From NCBI GenBank assembly GCA_017577945.2, contig PKQS02000010.1, positions 4,456 through 68,455 of the forward strand: a stretch of DNA of 64,000 nt. The letters are read 5' to 3'. The stretch is from Bacillota bacterium. Its GTDB lineage: Bacteria; Bacillota; Limnochordia; Limnochordales; ZCTH02-B6. Shown in pieces: positions 28,188 through 35,818 of the stretch. The position numbers were made by a program, and so were the translations under genes. Position 1 is the first letter of the stretch; each line of letters starts with the position of its first letter. The notes beneath the pieces were generated by a model. The model was not told the DNA's origin, searched no databases, and saw only the letters and a list, made by a program, of their open reading frames with translations.

Positions 28188-28547
28188 GTGCACGTACGGG
28201 ACATGCAGCGAGCCGTCGATGAATGGATCAGCCAGTTCGAAGAGGGGTACTGGTCCCCGCTGGCCAATTTGGCGCGCCTCGCCGAAGAAGTCGGCGAGCT
28301 CGCGCGCGAACTGAACCACCGCTTCGGCCCCAAGAAGAAAAAAGCCGGCGAAGGCGACGGGTCGCTGGCTGAGGAGCTGGCGGACTGCCTGTTCGTGCTC
28401 GTCTGCATCGCCAATTCGCTGGACATCGATTTGGAAGCGGCGTTTCAGGCGACGTTGGAAAAGTACCGGGCGCGGGACGCCTACCGGTGGAAGCGGAAAG
28501 ACGCGAGCAAGGAACCGGAAGGGCAAACCACGGACCCCGGCGCCTGA
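28188..28547 (+). CDS. MazG-like nucleotide pyrophosphohydrolase (small, YpjD-like)
   Basis: GTG 28188 lies 7 nt after AAGGAGG. EEVGELARE...EELADCLFVLVCIAN matches the MazG EExxE/D pattern. Confidence 0.8.
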   Translation: MHVRDMQRAVDEWISQFEEGYWSPLANLARLAEEVGELARELNHRFGPKKKKAGEGDGSLAEELADCLFVLVCIANSLDIDLEAAFQATLEKYRARDAYRWKRKDASKEPEGQTTDPGA

Positions 28548-28604
28548 GCTTTGGACCGTGCCGCGCCCAAACGCGTTCGGCTCTGGACGCGCCGCCCGCA
28601 CAGG

Positions 28605-29528
28605 TCACGGCCGCGGACGGCCGGGCGTTTGGCCGTTCAGCGAGGCCCTGGCTTGCGGCCGATCCGCGGCCGACTCCTGCTCCACTCGCGGCGCCTTCGG
28701 CTCAGAGTCTCGGGCCGCGGCCACAGCCGTCGCCGCCTCAGCCGGTTGCTCCGGCTCCGGCGCTTTCACGACGACCGCCCTCGTGTCCGGGATAGCCTGG
28801 ATAAGCTCCCGGGCGCGCTTGGCCTCACCGGTGCCCACCGGCGCGTACACCGTCACGCTGTGCGTCGCTCGATCCAGCTCGACGCGCACACCCTCCGGGG
28901 CGCACCCGAACCGCCGCGGCAGCAGCACCCGCACCGTCGACTCGACGGCCAGCGACCAGTCGGGGCGCACAAGCAGCAGCACGAAGATCTCGTGCAGCCG
29001 CGCCAGCAGCCAAGCGAACACCGGCCCCGCCGCCCAGAACACCCACGGCAGTACGGCCCGCAGCGGCTCCCACGCATAGCCCGCCGCTGCGAACAAGCCG
29101 TAGCCGGCCAGCGCGGCTCCCAGCGCGTCCAGGCCCGTTTCCCACGGACCGAGGCGGAAGTAGCGGTTGCGGGCCACCGTCCAGCGGTGGGTCAGGGCGT
29201 AAGCGACGCCGATGCCCGCTGTAACGGCCACGGCGTACGCCGCCGGCCGAGCGTAAGCAGCGAAAGCCAGCGCGCGCTGTACCAGCCCGTCGACCGCCTG
29301 GGCCCACTGGCCCTGCAGCATGGGCACCACCGCCGCGAACAGCGCCGCCAGCATGAGCAGCACGGGCGGCGCCAGCGCCACCGTCGCGCCGGCCGCCGCG
29401 CCGGCCAAGGCTGATTGGTACCACCGGCACCACGCGCACAGGCCGTCTTTCCGCATTTGGTCCAGCTCCGCGTGGCCCGTCGGCTCGAACAGCGCGCCGC
29501 GAGACGCGGCTGGCTTTTCCTCACTCAT
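28605..29528 (-). CDS. hypothetical membrane protein (about 5 TM segments plus C-terminal soluble region)
   Basis: ATG 29528 after GGGGGAGAAAGG, 24 nt downstream of the M28 gene stop. CAWCRW motif near the N-terminus. Confidence 0.6.
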   Translation of the reverse strand: MSEEKPAASRGALFEPTGHAELDQMRKDGLCAWCRWYQSALAGAAAGATVALAPPVLLMLAALFAAVVPMLQGQWAQAVDGLVQRALAFAAYARPAAYAVAVTAGIGVAYALTHRWTVARNRYFRLGPWETGLDALGAALAGYGLFAAAGYAWEPLRAVLPWVFWAAGPVFAWLLARLHEIFVLLLVRPDWSLAVESTVRVLLPRRFGCAPEGVRVELDRATHSVTVYAPVGTGEAKRARELIQAIPDTRAVVVKAPEPEQPAEAATAVAAARDSEPKAPRVEQESAADRPQARASLNGQTPGRPRP

Positions 29529-29551
29529 CCTTTCTCCCCCACCCCCTGCGC

Positions 29552-30715
29552 TTACGCCGCCCGCGATCGCTCCTCCAGCTCCCGCAGGCACTCCCAGACG
29601 AACTGCTCGGTCAGCTCGACCACGTCCCGTTCGACGCGTTCGATGGTGTCGGTATGCCAGTGATAGTTTGGGATTGCATTGTCATCGGTCAGCGCCAGAA
29701 ACGACAGCGCCCGGAAGCCCTGCTTGGCCGGCAGAAGCCCGTCCGTGGGCAGAAGCCAGTTGGCCAGCGGCTTTACCTCGCCGCCCCGCCGGCGGGACAG
29801 CTCTTCGGCCAGCCGGATCAACTCCGGGTCGTAGCGCTGGTATAACAACATTCCTTCGCCGAGGAAGTAACGAAGCCTGCCGCCACCGACGTTGTCGATG
29901 TTGATGAACACGGTGCCGGGCTTCAGCGGCGCGTCCTGCAGGAACTGGCGCATGCCGCGCAGGCCCGTCTCCTCGCACCCCGTGAACACGAACCACGGCG
30001 TCAGCGCCGGCGCGCCGCTCTTCGCTTCGTCCATCCACCGGTGGGCCAAAGCCAGCGCCACGGCCACGCCCGAGCCGTTGTCGTTGGCGCCCGGCACCGC
30101 CCGGCCCGTCAGCCACGACCCCAGCAAGAACGCACCGACGCACGCCAGCACCGCGGCGGACGCCCGCGCCAAGGTGTCGACCCAGGCCGCCGCCGGCAAC
30201 GCCCAGCGCAGCGCGACGGCCAGCACCGCGGCGACCAGGCCGGCGTAGGCGACCAGGAAAAACGGCCGCACGAGGCGGCGGAAAAACGGGGCGAACAGCC
30301 AAGACCCCCACTGGGTGTCGTAGTGGGCCGAAATGACCACGTCCGGCGCCGCGCCCCTTCCTCCCGGCGGACGGGCGACGACGTTTTGCGACGGGTACTT
30401 GGGCAAGATCCAGTCGAAATTGACGCGCGTAGCCAACAGTTCGCCCACCAGCGGCACCAGCGCCGCCGCGGCCAGCGCCGCCGCCAAGGCCGGCTGCCGC
30501 GCCGACAGCCACAGGGCCAGCAGTTCCGCCGCCATGACGACGGCGGGACCTAGGTACAGCGTATGGCGCGGACTGCGGAACGGCTGCAGCTCCACTTCGT
30601 AGCCCAGTTGCCGCAGTTTCTGCGCAAGCCACTCGGCCGCCCGCCGCTCCTCCTCCGACGCGGAACCGCGCGGCCCAAGCCGGGCGAATTCCTCCAGATA
30701 TTTCCATGACTTCAC
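29552..30715 (-). CDS. M28 family metallopeptidase with inserted transmembrane hairpins
   Basis: Metal-ligand motifs appear in order: SAHYD, ANDNGSG, CEETGLRG, INIDNVG, HWHTDT. There are four hydrophobic segments. The start is uncertain: GTG 30715 is taken, and the ORF track extends to TTG 30868. Confidence 0.75.
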   Translation of the reverse strand: MKSWKYLEEFARLGPRGSASEEERRAAEWLAQKLRQLGYEVELQPFRSPRHTLYLGPAVVMAAELLALWLSARQPALAAALAAAALVPLVGELLATRVNFDWILPKYPSQNVVARPPGGRGAAPDVVISAHYDTQWGSWLFAPFFRRLVRPFFLVAYAGLVAAVLAVALRWALPAAAWVDTLARASAAVLACVGAFLLGSWLTGRAVPGANDNGSGVAVALALAHRWMDEAKSGAPALTPWFVFTGCEETGLRGMRQFLQDAPLKPGTVFINIDNVGGGRLRYFLGEGMLLYQRYDPELIRLAEELSRRRGGEVKPLANWLLPTDGLLPAKQGFRALSFLALTDDNAIPNYHWHTDTIERVERDVVELTEQFVWECLRELEERSRAA

Positions 30716-30955
30716 AGTCTCACGCGCCTTTCGACCACGTTGCCGTGCAGGCAACTTATCCACGCGCGCCCGCGTTTCCTCTTTTCGGCCGCGGCCAGCG
30801 CGCCGCCCGCTCGTGCGGCCGATTTCTCTATGTTGCGCCTCAACTACATTTGAAGATTCACTTCTCAACAGGAGGAAAACCGTTGTTTAGACAGAATTGT
30901 ACGGGTCGATTGGTTTCCCTGAATTTACCGCCGCAACGAGGAGGGGATTGAGACG

Positions 30956-32110
30956 ATGTCGTCATTGCGCGGAAGAAACCTCGTCTTGGCCGTCGCGCTG
31001 CTTCTCGGCACGCTGGTGCCGGCCAGCGCCTTGGCGGCCGTCGGGGAAATCGTCATCGGCCTCAACGTGGAGCTGACCGGCAGCATTCCCGTCGTCGGGC
31101 AGTCGAGCTTGCGCGGCGCGCAGCTGGCCGTCGACGAAGTCAACAGCGCCGGCGGCCTTGAGGTCAACGGCCAGCGCTACCGGATCCGGCTCGTGGTGGA
31201 AGACAACCAGGACGTGGCGCCGTCCGCGGCCGCCGCGGCCACGAAGCTCATCACCCAGGACAACGTGCTGGCCATGGTCGGGCCCAACGCGAGCCGCATG
31301 GCCATTCCGGCGGCCATCGTGGCCAACAACCTGCGGACGCCCATGATCTCGCCGTGGTCCACCGCGGTGGAGACGACCGTCAACCGGCCGTACGTCTTCC
31401 GCGCCGCGTTCGTGGACGACTTCCAGGGCGCGGTCGTCGCGCGGTTCGCCCGGGAAGTGCTGGGCGCGCAGACCGCGGCGGTCCTGTTTGATATCGCCAG
31501 CGATTACAACAAGGGCATCGCGGAGATTTTCCGGGATCGCTTCACGCAGCTGGGCGGCCGCATCGTGGCGTTCGAATCGTACACGACGGGCGACCGCGAC
31601 TTCTCCTCGCAGCTGACCCGCATCCGCGCCGCCAACCCGGACGTGCTGTTCCTGCCCAACTACTACAGCGAGGTGCCGCTGCAGGTGCAGCAGGCGCGCC
31701 GGCTGGGCTACACGGGCCACATTCTCGGCAGCGACAGCTGGGCGTACGAAGAGCTGCTCACCCTGGGCGGCAACCTGATGGAAGGCCTGTTCTTCTCGGC
31801 GCACTATGCGCCCGACATCGCGACGCCGCGTGCCCAGCAGTTCATCCAGGCCTACCAGGCCCGGTACGGCTCCGCGCCGGACGACGTGGCCGCCTTGACC
31901 TACGACTCGTTCTACCTGCTCTTCGAAGCCATTCAGAAGGCGGGCCGCATCGACCGGGACGCGGTGCGGGAGGCGCTGGCGTCCATCGTGGACTTTGAAG
32001 GCGTCACCGGCAAGATGACTTTCGACGGCTCCGGCGATCCGATCAAGAGCGCCGTCATCATCCAGATCCGGAGCGGCCAGTTCACCTACTACGCCTCCGT
32101 CGACCCGTAA
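30956..32110 (+). CDS. branched-chain amino acid ABC transporter substrate-binding protein
   Basis: ATG 30956 after GAGGAGGGG. Signal peptide and LivJ/LivK-like periplasmic binding fold motifs. Confidence 0.9.
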   Translation: MSSLRGRNLVLAVALLLGTLVPASALAAVGEIVIGLNVELTGSIPVVGQSSLRGAQLAVDEVNSAGGLEVNGQRYRIRLVVEDNQDVAPSAAAAATKLITQDNVLAMVGPNASRMAIPAAIVANNLRTPMISPWSTAVETTVNRPYVFRAAFVDDFQGAVVARFAREVLGAQTAAVLFDIASDYNKGIAEIFRDRFTQLGGRIVAFESYTTGDRDFSSQLTRIRAANPDVLFLPNYYSEVPLQVQQARRLGYTGHILGSDSWAYEELLTLGGNLMEGLFFSAHYAPDIATPRAQQFIQAYQARYGSAPDDVAALTYDSFYLLFEAIQKAGRIDRDAVREALASIVDFEGVTGKMTFDGSGDPIKSAVIIQIRSGQFTYYASVDP

Positions 32111-32143
32111 CGGGGAGCCGCATAAGAAGCATCAACGGCGCTG

Positions 32144-32175
32144 GGCCGGACGGGGCGTGCACGCCTCGTCCGGCC
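32144..32175 (+). promoter_or_regulatory. near-perfect 32-nt palindromic hairpin between SBP and permease genes
   Basis: GGCCGGACGGGGCGTGCACGCCTCGTCCGGCC with one mismatch and no T-run. A position like this is typical of hairpins that stabilise or attenuate the SBP transcript. Confidence 0.5.
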
Positions 32176-32215
32176 GGGCGCCGCCGTCTGGCCCGCCGCG
32201 CGAGGAGGTATCTCG

Positions 32216-33097
32216 TTGCAGTTCTGGCTTCAGCAGACGCTCAATGCGCTGCAGCTCGGCAGCATTTACGCCCTCATCGCCTTGGGTTACACGATGGTGT
32301 ACGGCATTATCCGGCTCATCAATTTCGCCCACGGCGACATTTTCATGGTCGGGGCGTTCCTGGGGCTTTACGCCGCCGCCCGGCTGCAGCTGCCCCTGGT
32401 GCTGACGCTGCTTTTCTCCATGCTCTGCACCGCCACGCTCGGCGTGCTCATCGAGCGGGCCGCGTATAAGCCGCTGCGCAACGCCCCGCGCGTGTCCGCG
32501 GTCATCACGGCCCTGGGCGTGGGCCTTTTCCTTGAGCACTTCGTGCTGGCCACTGTGGGTGCCGAGCCGCGCTTGTTCCCGCTGCTGGTGAACCTGGACG
32601 TGTACGTACTGCCGGGCGGCCTCGTCGCCAACAGCATCCACGTGCTCATTTTCGCCGTTGCGTTGGTCCTGATGCTGGCGCTGGACTGGTTCGTGCGCCG
32701 GACGCTCACGGGCATGGCCATGCGCGCCATTTCCTACGATCGCACCATCGTGCCGCTGATGGGCATTTCCGTGGACCGCATCATCTCGCTGACGTTCGCC
32801 ATCGGCTCTTCGCTGGCCGCGGCCGGCGGCATCTTGTTCGGGCAGGCGTACCCGATCATCGACCCGTACATGGGTGTTCTGGTCGGCTGGAAGGCGTTCG
32901 TCGCGGCGGTCGTGGGCGGCATCGGCAACATCCGCGGCGCCATGCTCGGCGCGTACATCCTGGCGATGGTCGAAATTTTCGTGGCCGCGGTGCTGCCCAG
33001 TACGTACCGGGACTTCGTCGCCTTCTCGCTGTTGTTGCTGCTCCTGGTCTTCCGGCCGACGGGGATTCTCGGGCGCGTCACGGCGCAGAAGGTGTGA
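32216..33097 (+). CDS. livH: branched-chain amino acid ABC transporter permease LivH type
   Basis: TTG 32216 lies 7 nt after GGAGG. LQLGSIYALIALGYTMVYGIIRLINFAHGD is the LivH signature start. Confidence 0.9.
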   Translation: MQFWLQQTLNALQLGSIYALIALGYTMVYGIIRLINFAHGDIFMVGAFLGLYAAARLQLPLVLTLLFSMLCTATLGVLIERAAYKPLRNAPRVSAVITALGVGLFLEHFVLATVGAEPRLFPLLVNLDVYVLPGGLVANSIHVLIFAVALVLMLALDWFVRRTLTGMAMRAISYDRTIVPLMGISVDRIISLTFAIGSSLAAAGGILFGQAYPIIDPYMGVLVGWKAFVAAVVGGIGNIRGAMLGAYILAMVEIFVAAVLPSTYRDFVAFSLLLLLLVFRPTGILGRVTAQKV

Positions 33098-33105
33098 GAG
33101 GAGAC

Positions 33106-34146
33106 ATGCACGTGGGAATGCCGGCAAGCGCTGCAGCCCGGCGGGTGCCGCGGTGGCTGTCCCGCGCGTGGGCGCCCGCGCTGGCCGCCGCAGGTTTGGC
33201 GGCGGCGGTGCTCGTTCCCCGCTACGGGCTGCTGAGTCCGTATCACGAGTATGTGCTCATGATCATCGGCATCAACATCATCCTCACCGCCAGCTTGAAC
33301 CTGGTCAACGGCTTCATGGGCGAGTTCGCCGTGGGCCACGCCGGGTTCATGGCGGTCGGCGCCTACGTGAGCTCCATCTTGTCGGTGCGGGTGCTGCCGC
33401 GCGAGTGGGGCGCCTACGCGTTCGCGCCGGCGCTGGCGGGCGGCGGCCTGGCGGCGGGCGTGGTGGCCTTGCTGGTCGCCATCCCGTCGTTCCGCACCCG
33501 CGGCGACTATTTAGCCATCGTGACGCTGGCGCTCAACATGATCGTCAAGAGCGTCATCGAAAACATCGAGGCCATCGGCGGGCCGCGGGGCTTTTTCGGC
33601 ATGGAGCGCTACACGAACCTGGCGTGGGTGTACGCGGCGACGCTGGGGACTCTCTGGATCATCCGCAACTTCGTCTACTCAAACTACGGACGCGGCGTGC
33701 TTTCCATCCGGGAGGACGAAGTGGCCGCGGAACTGGTCGGCGTCAACACGCGGCAGGTGAAAATCCAGGCCTTCATCCTTTCGGCGTTCTTTGCCGGCAT
33801 CGCGGGCGGCTTGTTCGCCCACCTGCTGCAGTACATCCACCCGCGCAATTTCGACATCGTCCGCTCGACGGAAATCTTGATCATGCTCTACCTAGGCGGC
33901 ATCGGCAGCATCGCCGGATCGATTCTGGGCGCGTCGCTCTTCACCATCATGCTGGAGGCGCTGCGCTTCCTGGGCATCTGGCGCATGGTGCTGGCGCCCT
34001 TGCTCTTGGTGGTGCTCATGCTGCTGCGGCCCACCGGGATCATGGGCCTGAAGGAGTTCTCGCTGTTCGTGCCCGCCAACGAGCGGGCGCTGCGGCGCAA
34101 GGCGCGGGCCGGAAAGGAGGGCGCCGCCCGTGCTACTGGAAATTGA
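33106..34146 (+). CDS. livM: branched-chain amino acid ABC transporter permease LivM type
   Basis: NLVNGFMGEFAVGHAGFMAVGAY motif. Start candidates are 33094, 33106, 33112 and 33118. Confidence 0.85.
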   Translation: MHVGMPASAAARRVPRWLSRAWAPALAAAGLAAAVLVPRYGLLSPYHEYVLMIIGINIILTASLNLVNGFMGEFAVGHAGFMAVGAYVSSILSVRVLPREWGAYAFAPALAGGGLAAGVVALLVAIPSFRTRGDYLAIVTLALNMIVKSVIENIEAIGGPRGFFGMERYTNLAWVYAATLGTLWIIRNFVYSNYGRGVLSIREDEVAAELVGVNTRQVKIQAFILSAFFAGIAGGLFAHLLQYIHPRNFDIVRSTEILIMLYLGGIGSIAGSILGASLFTIMLEALRFLGIWRMVLAPLLLVVLMLLRPTGIMGLKEFSLFVPANERALRRKARAGKEGAARATGN

Positions 34147-34900
34147 TCGGGTCAGCCACAATTTTCAGGGCCTGCAAGCCCTGCGGGACGTCTCGCTGCA
34201 GGTGCGGGAAGGTGAGCTGGCCGGCATTATCGGCCCCAACGGCGCGGGGAAGACGACGCTGTTCAACCTCATCACCGGCGTTTACCGGCCCACCTCGGGC
34301 GACATCCGCTTCGACGGGCGGTCCATCGTGGGGCTGGCTCCCTCGCAAATCGTGCGCCGGGGCATCGCCCGGACGTTTCAGACGATCCGGCTTTTCCGCG
34401 AGCTGACGGTGCTGGACAACGTGCGCATTGCGCACTACCAAGCGGTAAAGTACGGCCTGGTGGCGTCGTTCTTGCGCACGCCCGGCATGCTGCGGCAGGA
34501 GAAGAAAATCGTGGAACGGTCCCTGGAGCTGCTGGAGGTGTTCGGGCTGGCGCACCTGGCGGGCGAGAAGGCGGGCAGCTTGTCGTACGGCAACCAGCGG
34601 CAGCTGGAGATCGCCCGGGCCTTGGCCACGTCGCCGCGGCTTTTGTTGCTGGACGAGCCGGCGGCGGGCATGAACCCGGCGGAAGTCGACGAGCTGAGCC
34701 GGCTCATTCTGCAGGTGCGGGAGCGCTTCGGGGTCACGATTTTGCTCATCGAGCACCAAATGAAGATGGTCATGAGCATCTGCGAGCGGCTGACCGTCCT
34801 GGACTTCGGCCAGATCATCGCCCAGGGCACGCCGGAGGAAGTGCGCGGCAACGAGCGCGTCCTGGAGGCCTATTTGGGCAGGGGGGTCAAGCTGGCATGA
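34130..34900 (+). CDS. livG: branched-chain amino acid ABC transporter ATP-binding protein LivG type
   Basis: GPNGAGKTT, LSYGNQRQLEIARAL and LLLDEPAAGMN. Confidence 0.9.
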   Translation: MLLEIDRVSHNFQGLQALRDVSLQVREGELAGIIGPNGAGKTTLFNLITGVYRPTSGDIRFDGRSIVGLAPSQIVRRGIARTFQTIRLFRELTVLDNVRIAHYQAVKYGLVASFLRTPGMLRQEKKIVERSLELLEVFGLAHLAGEKAGSLSYGNQRQLEIARALATSPRLLLLDEPAAGMNPAEVDELSRLILQVRERFGVTILLIEHQMKMVMSICERLTVLDFGQIIAQGTPEEVRGNERVLEAYLGRGVKLA

Positions 34901-35643
34901 GCGGACGCGCCGCCGACAAGCTCGCACCCGGCGAGCCGCTGCTGGTCCTCGAGAACGTCCACGTCTCCTACGGCAACATCAAGGCGGTGCGAGGCATCTC
35001 GCTGGAAGTGCGCCAGGGCGAAATCGTCACCTTGGTGGGCGCCAACGGCGCAGGCAAGACGACGACGCTGCGGGCCATCTCCCGCATGGTGCCCATTGCC
35101 CAGGGCACGCTGCGCTTTCGCGGGCAGGACTTGACCAAGATGCCGGCCCACCGGGTCGTTTCGCTGGGGATTTGCCACGTGCCCGAAGGCCGGGGCGTCT
35201 TCGCCAATTTGACGGTGCTCGAAAACCTGTTGCTGGCCACCTACAGCCGCAAAGACCGCGCCCGGATCAAGCAGGACTTGGAGCGGGTGTTCGCCACCTT
35301 CCCGCGGCTGGCCGAGCGGCAAAAGCAACTGGCAGGCACGCTTTCGGGCGGTGAGCAGCAGATGCTGGCCGTGGGCCGGGCCTTGATGACCGGCGGCGAC
35401 TTGATGCTGCTGGACGAGCCGTCCATGGGCCTGGCGCCCATCCTGGTCGAGGAAATTTTCCGCATCCTGCTGGAGATCAACCGCCAGGGCACGACGCTGC
35501 TGCTGGTGGAGCAAAACGCCCGCCTGGCGCTGCAAATCGCTCACCGCGCCTACGTGCTGGAGACGGGCGTCATCACGGCCAGCGGCGACGCCAAGGAATT
35601 GATCGAGGATCCGCGCGTGCGTTCCGCCTACCTGGGCGCGTGA
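34897..35643 (+). CDS. livF: branched-chain amino acid ABC transporter ATP-binding protein LivF type
   Basis: GANGAGKTT, LSGGEQQMLAVGRAL and LMLLDEPSMGLAP. 4-nt overlap with livG. Confidence 0.9.
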   Translation: MSGRAADKLAPGEPLLVLENVHVSYGNIKAVRGISLEVRQGEIVTLVGANGAGKTTTLRAISRMVPIAQGTLRFRGQDLTKMPAHRVVSLGICHVPEGRGVFANLTVLENLLLATYSRKDRARIKQDLERVFATFPRLAERQKQLAGTLSGGEQQMLAVGRALMTGGDLMLLDEPSMGLAPILVEEIFRILLEINRQGTTLLLVEQNARLALQIAHRAYVLETGVITASGDAKELIEDPRVRSAYLGA

Positions 35644-35818
35644 CCTCCGCGTCGCGCGTGAAGCCGGCCCGGCTTGTGCGTGCTCTCCGCGCTCCTCAGG
35701 CCGGGCCGGCTCGTCCTCCCGGCCTTCCGAAAGCCCGCAACGAAGGTAATTGTCGGCATTCCACGAAATACTTGAAGACATCATTCAGCCGCGGTGCCGC
35801 GGGGAAAAGGTGAGTGTC

